DNA of 64,000 nt from Tubiluchus corallicola (Eukaryota; Animalia; Priapulida): NCBI GenBank assembly GCA_030141605.1, contig JAQGDQ010000593.1:62001-126000 (forward strand). The letters run 5' to 3'. Every line of letters begins with the position of its first letter. Position 1 is the first letter of the stretch. Under the pieces are notes generated by a model. It saw only the letters and a list, made by a program, of their open reading frames with translations, had not been told where the DNA came from and searched no databases. Positions 1 through 13,800 of the stretch are shown here, piece after piece. A program made the translations under genes and the position numbers.

Positions 1-286
1 AAACCAGTTTTAAAATGGCTCCTCTTTTGGGATAAAGGATCTGCAATTGAAGCCTTTTATTTGAGACAAAAAGCCCTTACTTGACGAACTTTATTTGAAA
101 GAAGGGCCCCACTTCGAAGCCCTTTGTGTGAAATGTTAGACCCTATAGCTGTGGAAATGTTGCTGAAATACATCACAAGTAAACAATATTCGAGATGGGT
201 GCGAGCAAATTAGAGGGTGGATCTGTCTGAGGGGCCCCATATTTTCATTAACTTTAGAGCCCCAAAAGCTCATAATCCGGCCCTGC
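1..286. mobile_element. hAT-like MITE right end (related copy at 30870-31115)
   Basis: Ends aatccggccctg; gaagccct/gggcccc motifs shared with 30920-31110. Confidence 0.45.
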
Positions 287-599
287 TAATGTGGCTTTCA
301 ATTAACTGCAGGTACATTTTCTATAAGTATTTACTGCTACTCCAATTGCAGATTAAATTCAGGTAAAACACTGATGTCGTATCTATTTTTAAATATTACT
401 ATTGGCTTCCATGTTATTTATGTTGCATATTGCGTGTAAAATTATCAAGAATATGCCCTGAGGAACCTCCTGTTGTACCTTGTGCAACCTTTACACATAA
501 TGCTGCTTCATCGTATGCACGATCTGTTTCATATTGTTTTTACTTGTGTAGCAGTCGCTGTAAATTATTGAAGCTTTTATATCGCGTTACTTGCGTATT

Positions 600-1822
600 A
601 TGTGTAAAAATAATGGTCCAAAGATTGTACCTTGTGGAACTTTTATCAGTCTTTATAAATGCAATTAAGAATGGTCCAAAAATTATACCTTGTGGAACCT
701 TCTTCAGTCTTTATAAATATAATTAAGAATGGTCCAAAGGCTGTACCTTGTGTAACCTTCTCCACTCGTTATAAATATAATTAAGAATGGTCCAAAGGTT
801 GTACCTTGTTGAACCTTCTCCACTCGTTATAAATATAATTAAGAATGGTCCAAAGGCTGTACCTTGTGGAACCTTCTCTGGTCGTTATAAAAAAAATTAA
901 GAATGGTCCAAAGGTTGTACCTTGTGGAACCTTCTTCAGTCTTTATAAATATAATTAAGAATTGTCCAAAGGTTGTACCTTGTGGAACCTTCTTCAGTCT
1001 TTATAAATATAATTAAGAATGGTCCAAAGATTGTACCTTGTGGAACCTTCTCTAATTGTTATAAATACAATTAAGAATGGTCGAAAGGTTGTACCTTGTG
1101 GAACCTTCTCTAATCGTTATGAACACAATTAAGAATGGTCGAAAGGTTGTACCTTGTGGAACCTTCTCCAGTCGTTATAAATATAATTAAGAATGGTCCA
1201 AAGGTTGTACCTTGTGGAACCTTCTCTAATCGTTATAAACACAATTAAGAATGGTCGAAAGGTTGTACCTTGTGGAACCTTCTCCACTCGTTATAAATAT
1301 AATAAAGAATGGTGCAAAGGTTGAACCTTGGGGAACCTTCTTCACTCTTTTAAATGTAATAAAGAATGGTGCAAAGGTTGAACCTTGGGGAACCTTCTTC
1401 ACTCTTTATAAATATAATAAAGAATGGTGCAAAGGTTGAACCTTGGGGAACCTTCTTCACTCTTTATGAATATAATAAAGAATGGTGCAAAGGTTGAACC
1501 TTGGGGAACCTTCTTCACTCTTTATAAATATAATAAAGAATGGTGCAAAGGTTGAACGTTGGGGAACCTTCTTCACTCTTTATGAATATAATAAAGAATG
1601 GTGCAAAGGTTGAACCTTGGGGAACCTTCTTCACTCTTTATAAATATAATAAAGAATGGTGCAAAGGTTGAACCTTGGGGAACCTTCTTCACTCTTTATA
1701 AATATAATAAAGAATGGTGCAAAGGTTGAACCTTGGGGAACCTTCTTCACTCTTTATAAATATAATTAAGAATGGTGCAAAGGTTGAACGTTGTGGAACC
1801 TTTTTCACTCTTTATAAATAAT
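600..1822. repeat. about 58-bp minisatellite, about 21 copies, two sub-arrays
   Basis: Unit aattaagaatggtccaaaggttgtaccttgtggaaccttcttcagtctttataaatat. Confidence 0.92.
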
Positions 1823-2408
1823 GTGGCTTTATGTCTTTTTTACCTCACCAGTCATTCTGTATGCAGACGCATCTCGCTATAAATTATCATTGGCTTCTCC
1901 GGCTTCATTAATAAACCGAACGAAGATGGATGGAATTCCAGTCAATGCCTGACTGTCCTGGCCATCATAATTATGCTAATAGGGATGCTGGCATACAGAC
2001 TAAATGATATACTTCCTGGCTGCATTGTGTCTTTGTCTTCAACACTTTGTCTGGGACAATATCATCGACGTGTAATTAATTTCCTGCGATTATTTCACCA
2101 TTTTATGTCAGGCGCTAAATAACAGCGCCATTGTTCCCCGGCGTTCAATTTGCTTTGGCCGCGGAGAGACAGGAGGGCTAAGTGAAATAAAAACAGGACG
2201 AGGATTAATTCAGTACTTTATCATGCCATTGTGCAGCAGCACTTGTGCAAATTAAAACTTTCTAATGAAAGTTTTGATTCTAGTTCATTTTTCACCTGCG
2301 CAGGGATGTGTTTAATAAACGAGAAGCCGCGTTTCTAAATAAGGATTTGTGGGCGGGGCTTATATTGGTATTACGTAATGTTGGGATTATTATTGGTGTA
2401 ATCGAAGA

Positions 2409-2527
2409 GACTACGGCCAAATCACGTTGAAAACACCGGTTCTCGTCTGATCACCGAAGTTAAGCAAAGTAGAGCCGGGTTAGTACTTGGATGGGTGACC
2501 GCCTAGGAATACCAGGTGCTGTAGGCG
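2409..2527 (+). rRNA. 5S rRNA-like sequence (SINE head / pseudogene, not a canonical 5S gene)
   Basis: gactacggcc..ctcgtctgatcaccgaagttaagc..ggttagtacttggatgggtgaccgcctaggaataccaggtgctgtaggc; box A and box C recognisable; several substitutions relative to canonical animal 5S. Confidence 0.8.
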
Positions 2528-2950
2528 TGCGGGATGCCCACACTGTATCTCGACACTAGGCGGAGGAGCTGCACAAGCAGCCAACGATTAGAGGGTGGAG
2601 GAGGTCAAGTGACCCAACGGCCATGTGTAGAGGAGTAAACCTTCCAAATCAGGAGTGGAGCCCCGAAGGCGGACCAGAGCAGCATGCTCACTGACTCCCT
2701 CAGCTCCTGCAGCCAACCTGGTGCCAAACGTATCGCTCCGCTTTCCTTTGGACTACACCAGGGAGGAAGAGAGGGGGTTCCTGTTGTCTGGGCAACTCAG
2801 GATCTCCATAAACCTTGCCCAGGCGTGCGCCCTGGAGACGTTCAAGGATCGCACTGCTCAGCCACAGTCGACGCTGCAGCTCCATCAATGTGATCAATAA
2901 CTGACTCTTGGCACACATTCCATCGTCTTCCGAGACAGAAGGATGCCAAC
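2409..2950 (+). mobile_element. 5S rRNA-derived SINE (SINE3-type) with RTE-LINE-derived body and tail, full length
   Basis: 5S-like head 2409-2527 with no oligo-T terminator; tail encodes SRIALLSHSRRC..* (2842-2904, RTE ORF C-terminus-like); 9-bp TSD aatcgaaga at 2400-2408 and 2951-2959. Confidence 0.85.
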
Positions 2951-4632
2951 AATCGAAGAAAAATTAAAAAGCTATTATGTCATTTCATGGAAAGCGGAAC
3001 TCTTTAACGACAATAGAAAGGACGGAGAAAATAAAGTTAAGGACCCATAGAACCTTTAACACCCAATATAAAATGGAGACTATACTTGTTGACCTAAGTT
3101 TATGACAAAATTCATTAAATTTAGAATAAGTTCTCATTAATTGTACATTGAAACAAATCTTATCATAAACACAAATAAATTCCAGATTATTTTTCAAAAT
3201 TTAGGCAATGTTATCTACGCAGTTTGTTTCACATGCCTTAATTACATTTAAAATGGTTGCACCTAATCGTGGGAGTTTATATTTACAAGTTTTATATAGC
3301 GTTACTTCTAATGCAAGCTCTGTATGCAAAAAGACAGCATATAAGTGCTACAAAGTTTCAATTTTCTAGACGAATTTTTTACCTTGGTTTGCAAAGAGTG
3401 CTTTCTTGTTCTTTAATAATTAAATTAACCGATTAATTAATTATTTGGTACCATGCCTTTGCTCGTTCGAATATTTTTGAAATTTTTGAGTACAGAGATA
3501 GTTTTTGTAAAAGTTAGTTCAACCGTACATAGTTTCACAAGGCTAGAGTTACCCTTTAAATGATAGAAATGAGAACTTGTGTTGTCCTAGTGTAATTCAA
3601 CCTTAATTTCTTTACGTTCTTTAAAATTTCATGACGATTTTCAAGTTTTTATAACTCTGTACGAAGAATCGCGCATGCGCGGACAGACGGGTGCCAAACA
3701 TTGCAGACATTTTCACACTTTCTCTCTGCACGGTGGTGTGAATGACACTGACCACCTCAAACTGGCCTGATGATTACAAACTGTATGTCTGTCTGTCTGT
3801 CTCTGTCTCTAACTTGTTATTAATTACTTTCTCATCAACTTGCTGCCTTGTGGCCGGTCTGTCCTGCAGTCGTGACATCATCATTTGTACATTATGGTCA
3901 GCCGTGTCCATCATTGTGGTCTCGCATGTCTGTCACTGTGGTCACACGTGTGCAATGACATCAACTGAGCTAAATCATGAGAAGAGTATAAAGGAAAAAA
4001 TAAACCTCCATTTCGAATTTTGAAATTTAATCTATCCAAAAAAGTGAGAACTGAGCCTTAATTTGTACCAGTAACGTAAAAGTTCACTGACTAGTAGACA
4101 TACAATCGCTTACAAAGATATCAATAATTATAGATTTGTTCCTTCATTATTTATTATTATTCTTTTAAATTTATTTCATACATTAAGAAGTACATAGCGT
4201 TATGTAAAAAAGTTAAAAAACACTCAGCTATACTATAAAATTACATTACAAACTAATAAAATGTTTTGTTACATATATGTATATATGTATATATATGTAT
4301 GTATGTACAGATATATGTATGTATATATTTTATATACATTTATTTTATATATACGTTTTTTAAAATATTTTACGTATGTGTATATGTACATACGCAACCA
4401 GACACAAAACATAAATACACAAGACAAATCATTAGAAAATACAGAGGCATAAAACACATTAAAAGTCACCTCTTTAAAATGGTAAAAGATGTTGATTTCA
4501 TTGTGCAAAACAGTTTGTATCAATTCGTCCATGTTACTGTATTGTGATATGCAGAATAAACATACAATTTAATCAATTATATCATTACGTAGTTCAGCCA
4601 GCGCATATATAAAAATTTTCACTTGACAAATG

Positions 4633-4663
<31 letters not shown>

Positions 4664-5589
4664 TATATTTTAGATACCTAATTCATACTTATTATTCAAT
4701 TTTAACGTTACCTACAGTGATATACATAATTTCACAAGACAGATCACTAAAAAATACCATGCAGGGAGTTATAAAACTCAGTAAAATCCATCTTTAAAAA
4801 AGTTAAAGATGTTGATCTCATAGTACAAAGCATAGTTTGTACCATTTCGTTCGTGTAACTGTATTGTGATATGCACTATAAACGTACAATTCATCATTTA
4901 TATCTTTCAGTACTTCTGCCAGCCAATTTATAAAGTATCCTGTTATATTTCGTGTAATGACATCGGAGTTAAGAATATTAAAATTTACAATTTTTTCACT
5001 TATGCTGCATCTTCCCAAAATGTCGAAGAACCTTCGAAATGCGTTTTTGTTTTATCATTAAAACGTTTTTGTTTTACAGAATAGTGTTCCTAAATACGTA
5101 ATTAAAACAAGTGTTTATTCTTACAATATTGTTTATAAAATCAATTATTATATAGTCTACACGTGTAAACAAAACTTACTTAGTAAGGATAGTTTTCATA
5201 ATCACTACATGTAACTATTGTAGCAGAAAATGCATTAAAATTGCGAAAAATTTCTCCCTGTTATGTCGAAAAACTTGCAAAAACGAATGGTCGAATTAGG
5301 TTACAGTTATATAAGTAAATTTCTGAGAAGACCTCGCATTTTTGTGTCTAATATTGTATTTGTAATAAAATTTAATTCGTGGTAAACAATAAAGTAAATA
5401 AACTAAGCAGTAATTGGGTGTAAACGGTGGTTGTAAACTGTTTACCACTCACGATAATTTTAGCAGCAAGAATCGTACTTTGAATTGTAGTGTGTAAATT
5501 GATGTACTGAGGGTTTGTTTCAAACGTGTTTCATAGTTCAGCATAATAAGATTTAAGCTTTTTCACAGTTTCTTTGTACGCACTCGCAG

Positions 5590-6085
5590 TTGATCAAAGG
5601 TTAAGTGTGCCACAGCAACGTCACGTGACGTGTGGGTAAAACTAAGCCGTCTGCCGCATCAGTTCAGTAACTTCGCTTGTGATTGAGAATAAGCCCTTTC
5701 ACAATTTCGTTGTGCACACGCGCAGTTGCTGTAGGACAAAGTTTAAGTGTACTTACAGTAAGGGGTCTTAACTACAACCGTCACGTGACACGTGTGGAAA
5801 GCAAGGCCGTCTGTCGCATCAATTCAGCCATTTCACTTGTTTTTTACGTGGGCTTTACTTAAATATGCATTAGTCGGTGCGTAGCGTAATTTACTAGCAG
5901 GTTTTTGCTTGGAACAAGGAAAAATGAACCAGGTAAGGTTCTAGCTACCTGTTAAAACTGTTGGTATTACAACAGCTTGGGCTGCGAGGCGTTGTCAAGT
6001 GTTCACAAATGCATTGTCTGGTACACTTGACCTTTGACCTTTGTATGACCATCGTCAATCGCTGAAACTGTGAAAAGGCTCATTT
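5590..6085. repeat. dispersed repeat family A (inverted copies at 18640-18930, 20270-20570, 32620-32855)
   Basis: Shared core ggtcaaaggtyaagtgtacc..cacttgacaacgcctcgcagcccatgctgttgtaat..acagttttaacagctag..aagatcctgctagtaaatc. Confidence 0.8.
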
Positions 6086-6660
6086 CTGTTCATTAAGAAA
6101 AGTTACAAGTTTTATTGAAATTAACAGCCCTCTGCTGGTCTTCGTACCAATTCTTAGCACGTAACGACATGATGATAATTGATAAATATGGACGCCCTCG
6201 GATATAATCAACTGATTTTTATTGACCAATGGTTTTTTATTAATGAAGATTGTGTTTAGTAACCAAAGTTAAGCAGTATCATACCTGATCTGTAAATGTG
6301 TAGGCGACTCCTAGTGCTCTGGCTGTCAGCCTCATTGAGACATATTTACTACACGTCTGAAAGTGTCTGAAATGCCATTGCGGGTTTACTGTCTCGTTTT
6401 TGGAGATTTATGGGACATATTCCAATTCTTCTATATCCGGTAACACCCACGTATGTTAAGTAAGCCACCCAATTCTTTACTGCTTCTTTATGGAATGCAG
6501 AATGTCAAAATGCATAAAAATGTAAAAGTTTAATTATGCTGCTAAAATGGATATGGAATTATTTATATTATTCCCTCTATCCGTAACTTAATTTACTTAA
6601 CAAATATTAAATTTGGTGTTATGCTCTAACCACTTATTAATAGTAAAAGTGAAGTATTAA

Positions 6661-7117
6661 CCCTTTCATACCCGTTTTATACCGTGGGATACGAGAATAT
6701 TTTCTGCCTTTAAAATTAATAAAATTTTAAAACTGACAGTTATTTGCTCTGTTAATAGTTATTTTGATTTAAGCCAATAACAATAGACTAAAAATGGTGA
6801 TAAAATGACAAACTAGAAAATCTACATAGTATAAAAAACTGCGCAAGGTACAGTACTTTAGAGGCGACTTTGTACAGATCAGCATAGCATGCATACTAAA
6901 TGTCTTAAATACTTTAAAAAATTATCAACAGTTGCAAAATGAAGCACATTTTATGCTTCCATTGAATCCCAATGTATCCCGTGGGATACAGGCTATATTT
7001 ACCACGCGGGTACAGGTAGAAAAAAATAATTATGTGTAAACAAGATGGACATACTGAACAAAAGTACCAAGCCAAAACATTTTTTCTTATTTAATAAATA
7101 ATTTGGGACTGAAAGGG
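6661..7117. mobile_element. piggyBac-like MITE
   Basis: TTAA-CCCTTTCA ... TGAAAGGG-TTAT ends (right TSD one base off); internal ccgtgggatac motif occurs twice. Confidence 0.6.
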
Positions 7118-7644
7118 TTATATTATTTTGTTTATAAGTCCACGTATATAGTTTTAAATAAGAGATAAAGTGTTAAATGAAGATCGCGATCTCGTTTGTT
7201 TACGTGTTTAATTTCTGGAAGTTCGTGTCACGTGTTTCCAAGTCAATTTTGGCAATACAGTTGTAAATGTTGTTTGATTGAGAGAGAACTCGTTTCATAC
7301 TCGCTTGTTTTACACGTGTGCGCAGAGATTGAGATAGTTTAGTTGTTCTAGGCCTGCAGGGTACATCAGTAACTTGCTCGACTGTTGTTTATTTGAACTG
7401 GCCCCCGTGTTTATATGTCGACATAAAAACATTTTTATTTGAAAAATGTCTTTATTCATTGCTGAGCTGCGCCGAAATGTTTCCTCAGTTGTAAATCTTC
7501 GGTCTCGAGCCGAGCGAATGATTTAGCATCACGTAGGAACACGTCCTACAAAAATAAACTACATACTGTTAGATTAGCCATTTTGGGTCTTGTGTCTGCT
7601 GTCGGTTCATAGCACAGTGGAAGTGAGCCGCTAACATGCTACAC

Positions 7645-8248
7645 CAGTTCATGTGGATAACTCAGGTTTATCAAAAAACCTACTAACTGCATTGTGAATA
7701 AGTTAAAGATAAAGAAAAGTTGCAGTAAGTTAAAGATAAAGTTATAAGGTAAAGAAGAAGTGGCCCAAAGATTTCTCCTTGCGAAACTCCTTGCACAGTT
7801 CATGTAGATAACTCAGGTTTATCAAAAAACCTGCTAACTGCTTGGTGAGTAAGTTAAAGATAAAGAAAAGTTGCAGTAAGTTAAAGATAAAGTTATAAGG
7901 TAAAGAAGAAGTGGCCCAAAGATTTCTCCTTGCGAAACTCCTTGCACAGTTCATGTAGATAACTCAGGTTTATCAAAAAACCTGCTAACTGCATTGTGAA
8001 TAAGTTAAAGATAAAGAAAAGTTGCAGTAAGTTAAAGATAAAGTTATAAGGTAAAGAAGAGTGGCCCAAAGACTTCTCCTTGCGAAACTCCTTGCACAGT
8101 TCATGTAGATAACTCAGGTTTATCAAAAAACTTGCTAACTGCATTGTGAATAAGTTAAAGATAAAGAAAAGTTGCAGTAAGTTAAAGATAGAGTTATAAG
8201 GTAATGAAGAGTGGCCCAAAGATTTCTCCTTGTGAAACTCCTTGCACT
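7645..8248. repeat. about 151-bp tandem repeat, 4 copies
   Basis: cagttcatgt recurs at 7645, 7796, 7947, 8097. Confidence 0.9.
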
Positions 8249-8744
8249 GCAATAATTCCTTTACTTTAATCAGTCATGGTCTCGATTAATACATATTGGA
8301 ATGATAAATTGTTCAGTATGTGGCGTATTTACTGCTAGTTAAAGTGCTTTGGTCATTGATGCTAAAACTTTCTAGTCCAAATTTTTTTCTTTTGTACACA
8401 AAGTAAATTGTTATGTTATTTGGTGATTATTGAAAACTTGTTGTATATAGAAATGCATGCCTGTAACTAAGTTCTTGTGATATAATTAAACATGGTACAA
8501 ACACATCGTAATACAATACAAATGTAGGTGTCCAATTACAAAGCAATTATTTGCAAACTAAAGAAAAGGGGTACTAAAATAAGTTCTTAAATAAATCCCC
8601 ATATTTTGTAACATGAGATTTGCATATTGATACAGAATTTCTTTCTTTTGTACATTGTTTTTTAGCAAGACAGTTCTCTTTCACAGATTAACTCTCTAAG
8701 TTTTAACCTTTTACATTCATTTTACTATGGTTTCAAAAACAACT

Positions 8745-9218
8745 TCGTTGTTGTTGTTGATGATGATGATTTTGATGTTGTTGTTGTTGTTGTTGTTGTT
8801 GTCATCGTCGTCGTCATTGTCGTTTCTGTTGTTGTTGCTGTTGCTGCTGCTGTTGTTCTTGTTGTCGTCATCGTCATCATTGTCGTTGCTGTTGTTGTTG
8901 CTGTTGCTGCTGCTGTTGTTGTTGTTGTCTTCATCGTCATCATTATCGTTGCTGTTGTTGTTGTTGTCTTCATCGTCATCATTGTCGTTGCTGTTGTTGT
9001 TGTTGTTGTTGTCGTCATCGTCATCATTGTCGTTGCTGCTGTTGTTGTTGTTGTCGTCATCCTTATCATTGTCGTTGCTGCTGTTGTTGTTGTTGTCGTC
9101 ATCGTCATCATTCTCGTTGCTGCTGTTGTTGTTGTTGTCGTCATCATCATCATTGTCGTTGCTGTTGCTGTTGTTGTTGTTGCCGTCGTCATTGTCGTTG
9201 CTGTTGCTGTTGTTGTTG
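8745..9218. repeat. compound trinucleotide (GTT/GCT/GTC/CAT) array with higher-order period
   Basis: Recurring gtcatcgtcatcattgtcgttgctgttgttgtt. Confidence 0.9.
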
Positions 9219-10929
9219 AACTCAAACTTGAAAAAAGTGAAAAGCTACTTATTTCTCGTGTCATTTGATCATTTGCCCTTTATTATTTGACCTAATCCGT
9301 TGGAGCTACGTAAATGCACACTTAAAAGTCAATCATTCACCTTTTTGCCCTGCCACCTCCTTCGCGGGCTTTGATACTAATTGATTTTCTTCGGCGTCTC
9401 TTTTTAGCTGAAGCCATTTTAGCGATTTGCTTCTTTGTCCATTCCCGGGGGGGAGTGAAGCTGATCCCGGACACAACCGGCTGATGCGCATATGATGAGG
9501 GACACGAGATTCCGGACAATGAAATTCGCATTTCAACCAAATCGGCTTCATCTGGCTCGTGATTCTCAAATAATTAACTACCATTTACAGGCGCTGGCTT
9601 CGCTCGCCGGCGGATTATGCTTCACTTTTTCACGATTAGACTTGGGAATACTGCAGTCTCTGATCTGAATTCTATTAGGGAGTCGAATAATCAGTACGAT
9701 TTGCTCCGAATTAACGCGATCTAAACCCGATTCCATGACGCGACTTTGAACGAATGTTTTCTGACTGTGTTTGCAAAGTATTAGTATTAGTAGTAGTAGT
9801 AGAAAGTAGTAGAAAGTAGAAAGTAGTAGTAGAAAGTATTAGTAGTAGCATAAATACAATGAAGTAGCAGAAAGATAGTTGAATTTACAGTCCATTGTTC
9901 TTATCATTATGAATTAATCACAAGCGAGTCACACTGGTATATGAATTAAAATAGTTGACTAGCCTAACTATATAATAAACTGACTTTGTACAACGGGAAA
10001 AATGGTTAAACGTTGCAGTTTGAAATTTTAAGCGAACAGTAAACATTAATAGAAGCAATCTTAGTTTTGAAAAGTTTCTAAAACTTGAAAGTAAATTTCA
10101 AGTTAGGCAGTATTCCAACCTCGAGATTACTAAAATATACATCATCTTGACACGAAGACATAGTTACAAGTTGCAGTTCATTAATGCATGTTTTTTCATT
10201 TGTGTCTCTCCGCATATACATAGTCTTTGGTTTCTCTGTCTACCGTCCCACGTACCGGTCTCAATTCTTAAGTGATGTGCTTGCTTAGTCGAGAGAAAGT
10301 TATGTGGTATTTTTCTGTAGTATTCTCTGGTATGTTTGGGATTTTCAAGTCTGGGTTAAATTCCTTGTAAACGATACGTTACGTAGAGCTACTGTTCAAA
10401 ACTTTCTCCTTTAGTAAGTTGTGTTGCTGTGCACAGTACACTTTCTCATTGACCGCTGATGACATTTTTATTACACTGTCTGGCTATTTCATAAGCTTCA
10501 AACAATGTCTGCTGTTTCTCGGGGGAGTTTGCCATCTTCCTCCAATTATGAACGTGTCTGCACTTGTCCCATGTTGAAAAAGTTGGGTAGCCAGTGTCGC
10601 TTTTTCGTTTTTTCAAAACTTATCATAAACTCCATTGCAATGATTCAACAGCAAGAATTGTTCATATTCGCTGGGCATTCACAGTTCTTTTACAGTGACA
10701 TATCTTTCGTGCATGCAGTACTAGTAATTACTGACCTGTCACTTGACACTGGGACACGATGACAGCTAGGTTGCTTAATTTTCTGACGCTTTGACAAGAA
10801 AATGATATCGTTCGATTGCTCCGTGTTTAATTAGATACTCAGTTGACTCGCACGTGTATGCCTTTGACATGTGTGAAGGTTTTATTCGCGTACCGAAACG
10901 AAACGAACTCACTCATTGTGCCTTATGAT

Positions 10930-11419
<490 letters not shown>

Positions 11420-12517
11420 CTTATGATATCCAAATATCTGTACAATGTGTATGCCTTTGACATGTTTGAAGGTTTTATTCGCGTATTGAAACTAAACTAA
11501 CTCACTGATTGTGCCTTATGATATTCAAATATCTGTACAATGTGTACATAGTGTCTGTATAACTTCCAAATTACACAAATTTCGAAATGGATATATAGAC
11601 ATTGCCGATTATATTAAGGTGTATTTACTTTTTTCACCCTGCATCATTATAAATATGGCAAAGATTCATAGAATAATGGTTCGAAAATTGTACCTTGGGG
11701 GACTCCTTCGTTAATGCCTCGACTGATTTCTGGTTTAGTACATTATTATATGTTGTATGAAATAACTTTTCTTTCGATGCTAATTGTAAGTGGAGACTTG
11801 ATTATTTTTGAATAGGATCTAAGGTTGTGTATGTATATATATGAGTTACCATATTTGCGCTATAATGAAATAATTCGAATAGTTCATTTCATACTAATGA
11901 TAAAAAAGCATATGAAATTATTACGTTAAATTATTTGAGGAAAAACGTGCCTAAATAATCATAAATGATTCTTAACTTTGCATGGTCGCACGTCATGGTA
12001 TGTTAGTCAGTTTACATGCTAAAAAGCTTAACATTTGCGTTCCTGAAGAAAGTTTAGATTATATCTTGTTTTCTTATGCAGTTGTCCTTCTACTATTTAA
12101 ATTTGACGAAATTACCATTTTTGAGTACTGTTTTGCTAGTACCATTTTAATAACAGAACACTAAATTTAAGAAACATTAGAACGAACAATTAATATGGAA
12201 AGAATTCCATTACTAAGCAAGCAATGCAACTTTGGAATTCATTACCGACATCACTAAAACACAGCAGCTCTTTATCAATATTCAAGTCTAAATTAAAAAA
12301 ACATTTAATGACTCATTTTGAATATCCGACATACGAACACGATGATACTTACTCAAATCATAATTTCATTTTTCCTAGACCTTACTAAACTAGTTTATAT
12401 TTTATTTTTGAATTTCTAGTTGCACTTATAGTTTAGCTTGCACCAGACGCATTTGCCCAGAACAGTGTGTGTTTTTTTACATGAACTAACACTGATTGTC
12501 TGTCTTTTATTATGATG

Positions 12518-12553
12518 GCTGCTGCTGCTGCTGCTACTACTACCACCACTACC

Positions 12554-12601
<48 letters not shown>

Positions 12602-12749
12602 ACTACTACTACCACCACTACCACTACTACTGCTGCTACTACTACTACCACTACCACTACATCTACCACCACTACTGCTACTACTACTACCACTACTACT
12701 GCTACTACTACTACTACTACTACCACTACTACTACCACCACCACCACCA

Positions 12750-12794
<45 letters not shown>

Positions 12795-12870
12795 ACTACC
12801 ACTACCACTGCTACTGCTATTGCTACTACTACTACTACTACTACTACTACCACTACCACTACCACTACCA
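12518..12870. repeat. (CTA/CTG/CCA)n microsatellite
   Basis: Directly visible. Confidence 0.95.
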
Positions 12871-13329
12871 CTTGCACTAGTTCTCAACAATTGGTAGAAA
12901 AATTATCTCGTTTTTAAACGTCCAATATGTGTAGGCCGACCTATCCTTCAAGAGTTACCCATGAGGCTAAATTATTTCCCAACTGCTGACTAAGAACACC
13001 GTTCTCTTGTTTACCAGGCGTTCTTACAATCCCGGCACAGAATACAGTAATCTTAATGCTGTAAATCACCCTAAGCAGCGCTGAGTGCCTTTTTGCCAAT
13101 ATCAGTGAGTCGGCTCGCTTTTGATCATTGTAATCAAGCGGTTACCATGTGTAACTAAGCCAGGTGACTTGCCACAAGCTGCGACCGAGACCTACCTGAG
13201 TTCTCGGCTCGTACCTGTACAAATAAAAATGCCTTGCTAATGATCACGGGACTTACCTGTTTCAAAAAATAGTAAACGTGTCTTTTAGGCGGTCAATCGA
13301 TTTGATTTGGGTTTTTAGAATTATTAAAA

Positions 13330-13800
13330 GTATTCGTTCTGTTAAAGCAAAACCGAGTCTCAGTCTTAAACTGTAGGTCAAAACAATGTACTTAGCAAAA
13401 TATTGAAAGGAAACATACTATTTTTTGAGAAATTACTTATACGAATGAGTTATTACCACACAGAAGTAATTTCTCGTTCACGCCGCTGTTACACACATTT
13501 CGTTATTCGTTAGTTAGACGGGCACTGGCGCCTGCATTTTCCGAAATGTGTTGCACAAAAAACAAGTGCTGTACCTATCATTTCAAAGATGTTCGTTTGT
13601 GACGTGCTGCACGTTTCCGACAGCTCATGTTTGACTACATGGGTAAATTTGAAATTTGAATTTTTATCTTAAAACTTACCTAGTTTTAGTACAACACACT
13701 GAATATTTTACAGTAGCGCTATACTTCAATTTTCGCTTTTGCAAACACGTGCAACAGGAATATTTTTGATGTTGAAAATCATGTTCGTTTGTGATGTCAT
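13330..13800. repeat. dispersed repeat family B (inverted copy at 37925-38400)
   Basis: Shared ggtaaatttgaaatttgaat..cttaaaactt.cctagttttagt.caacacactgaat..cagtagc..tacttcaattttcgcttt. Confidence 0.75.

Noticed and set aside
2409-2527. Functional 5S rRNA gene
   Set aside because: No oligo-T terminator, several substitutions, single copy here, and fused to an RTE-like body within a TSD, so it is a SINE head.
8725-9290. Thr-rich or Leu/Ser-rich ORFs
   Set aside because: Translations of a trinucleotide microsatellite; no splice or homology support.
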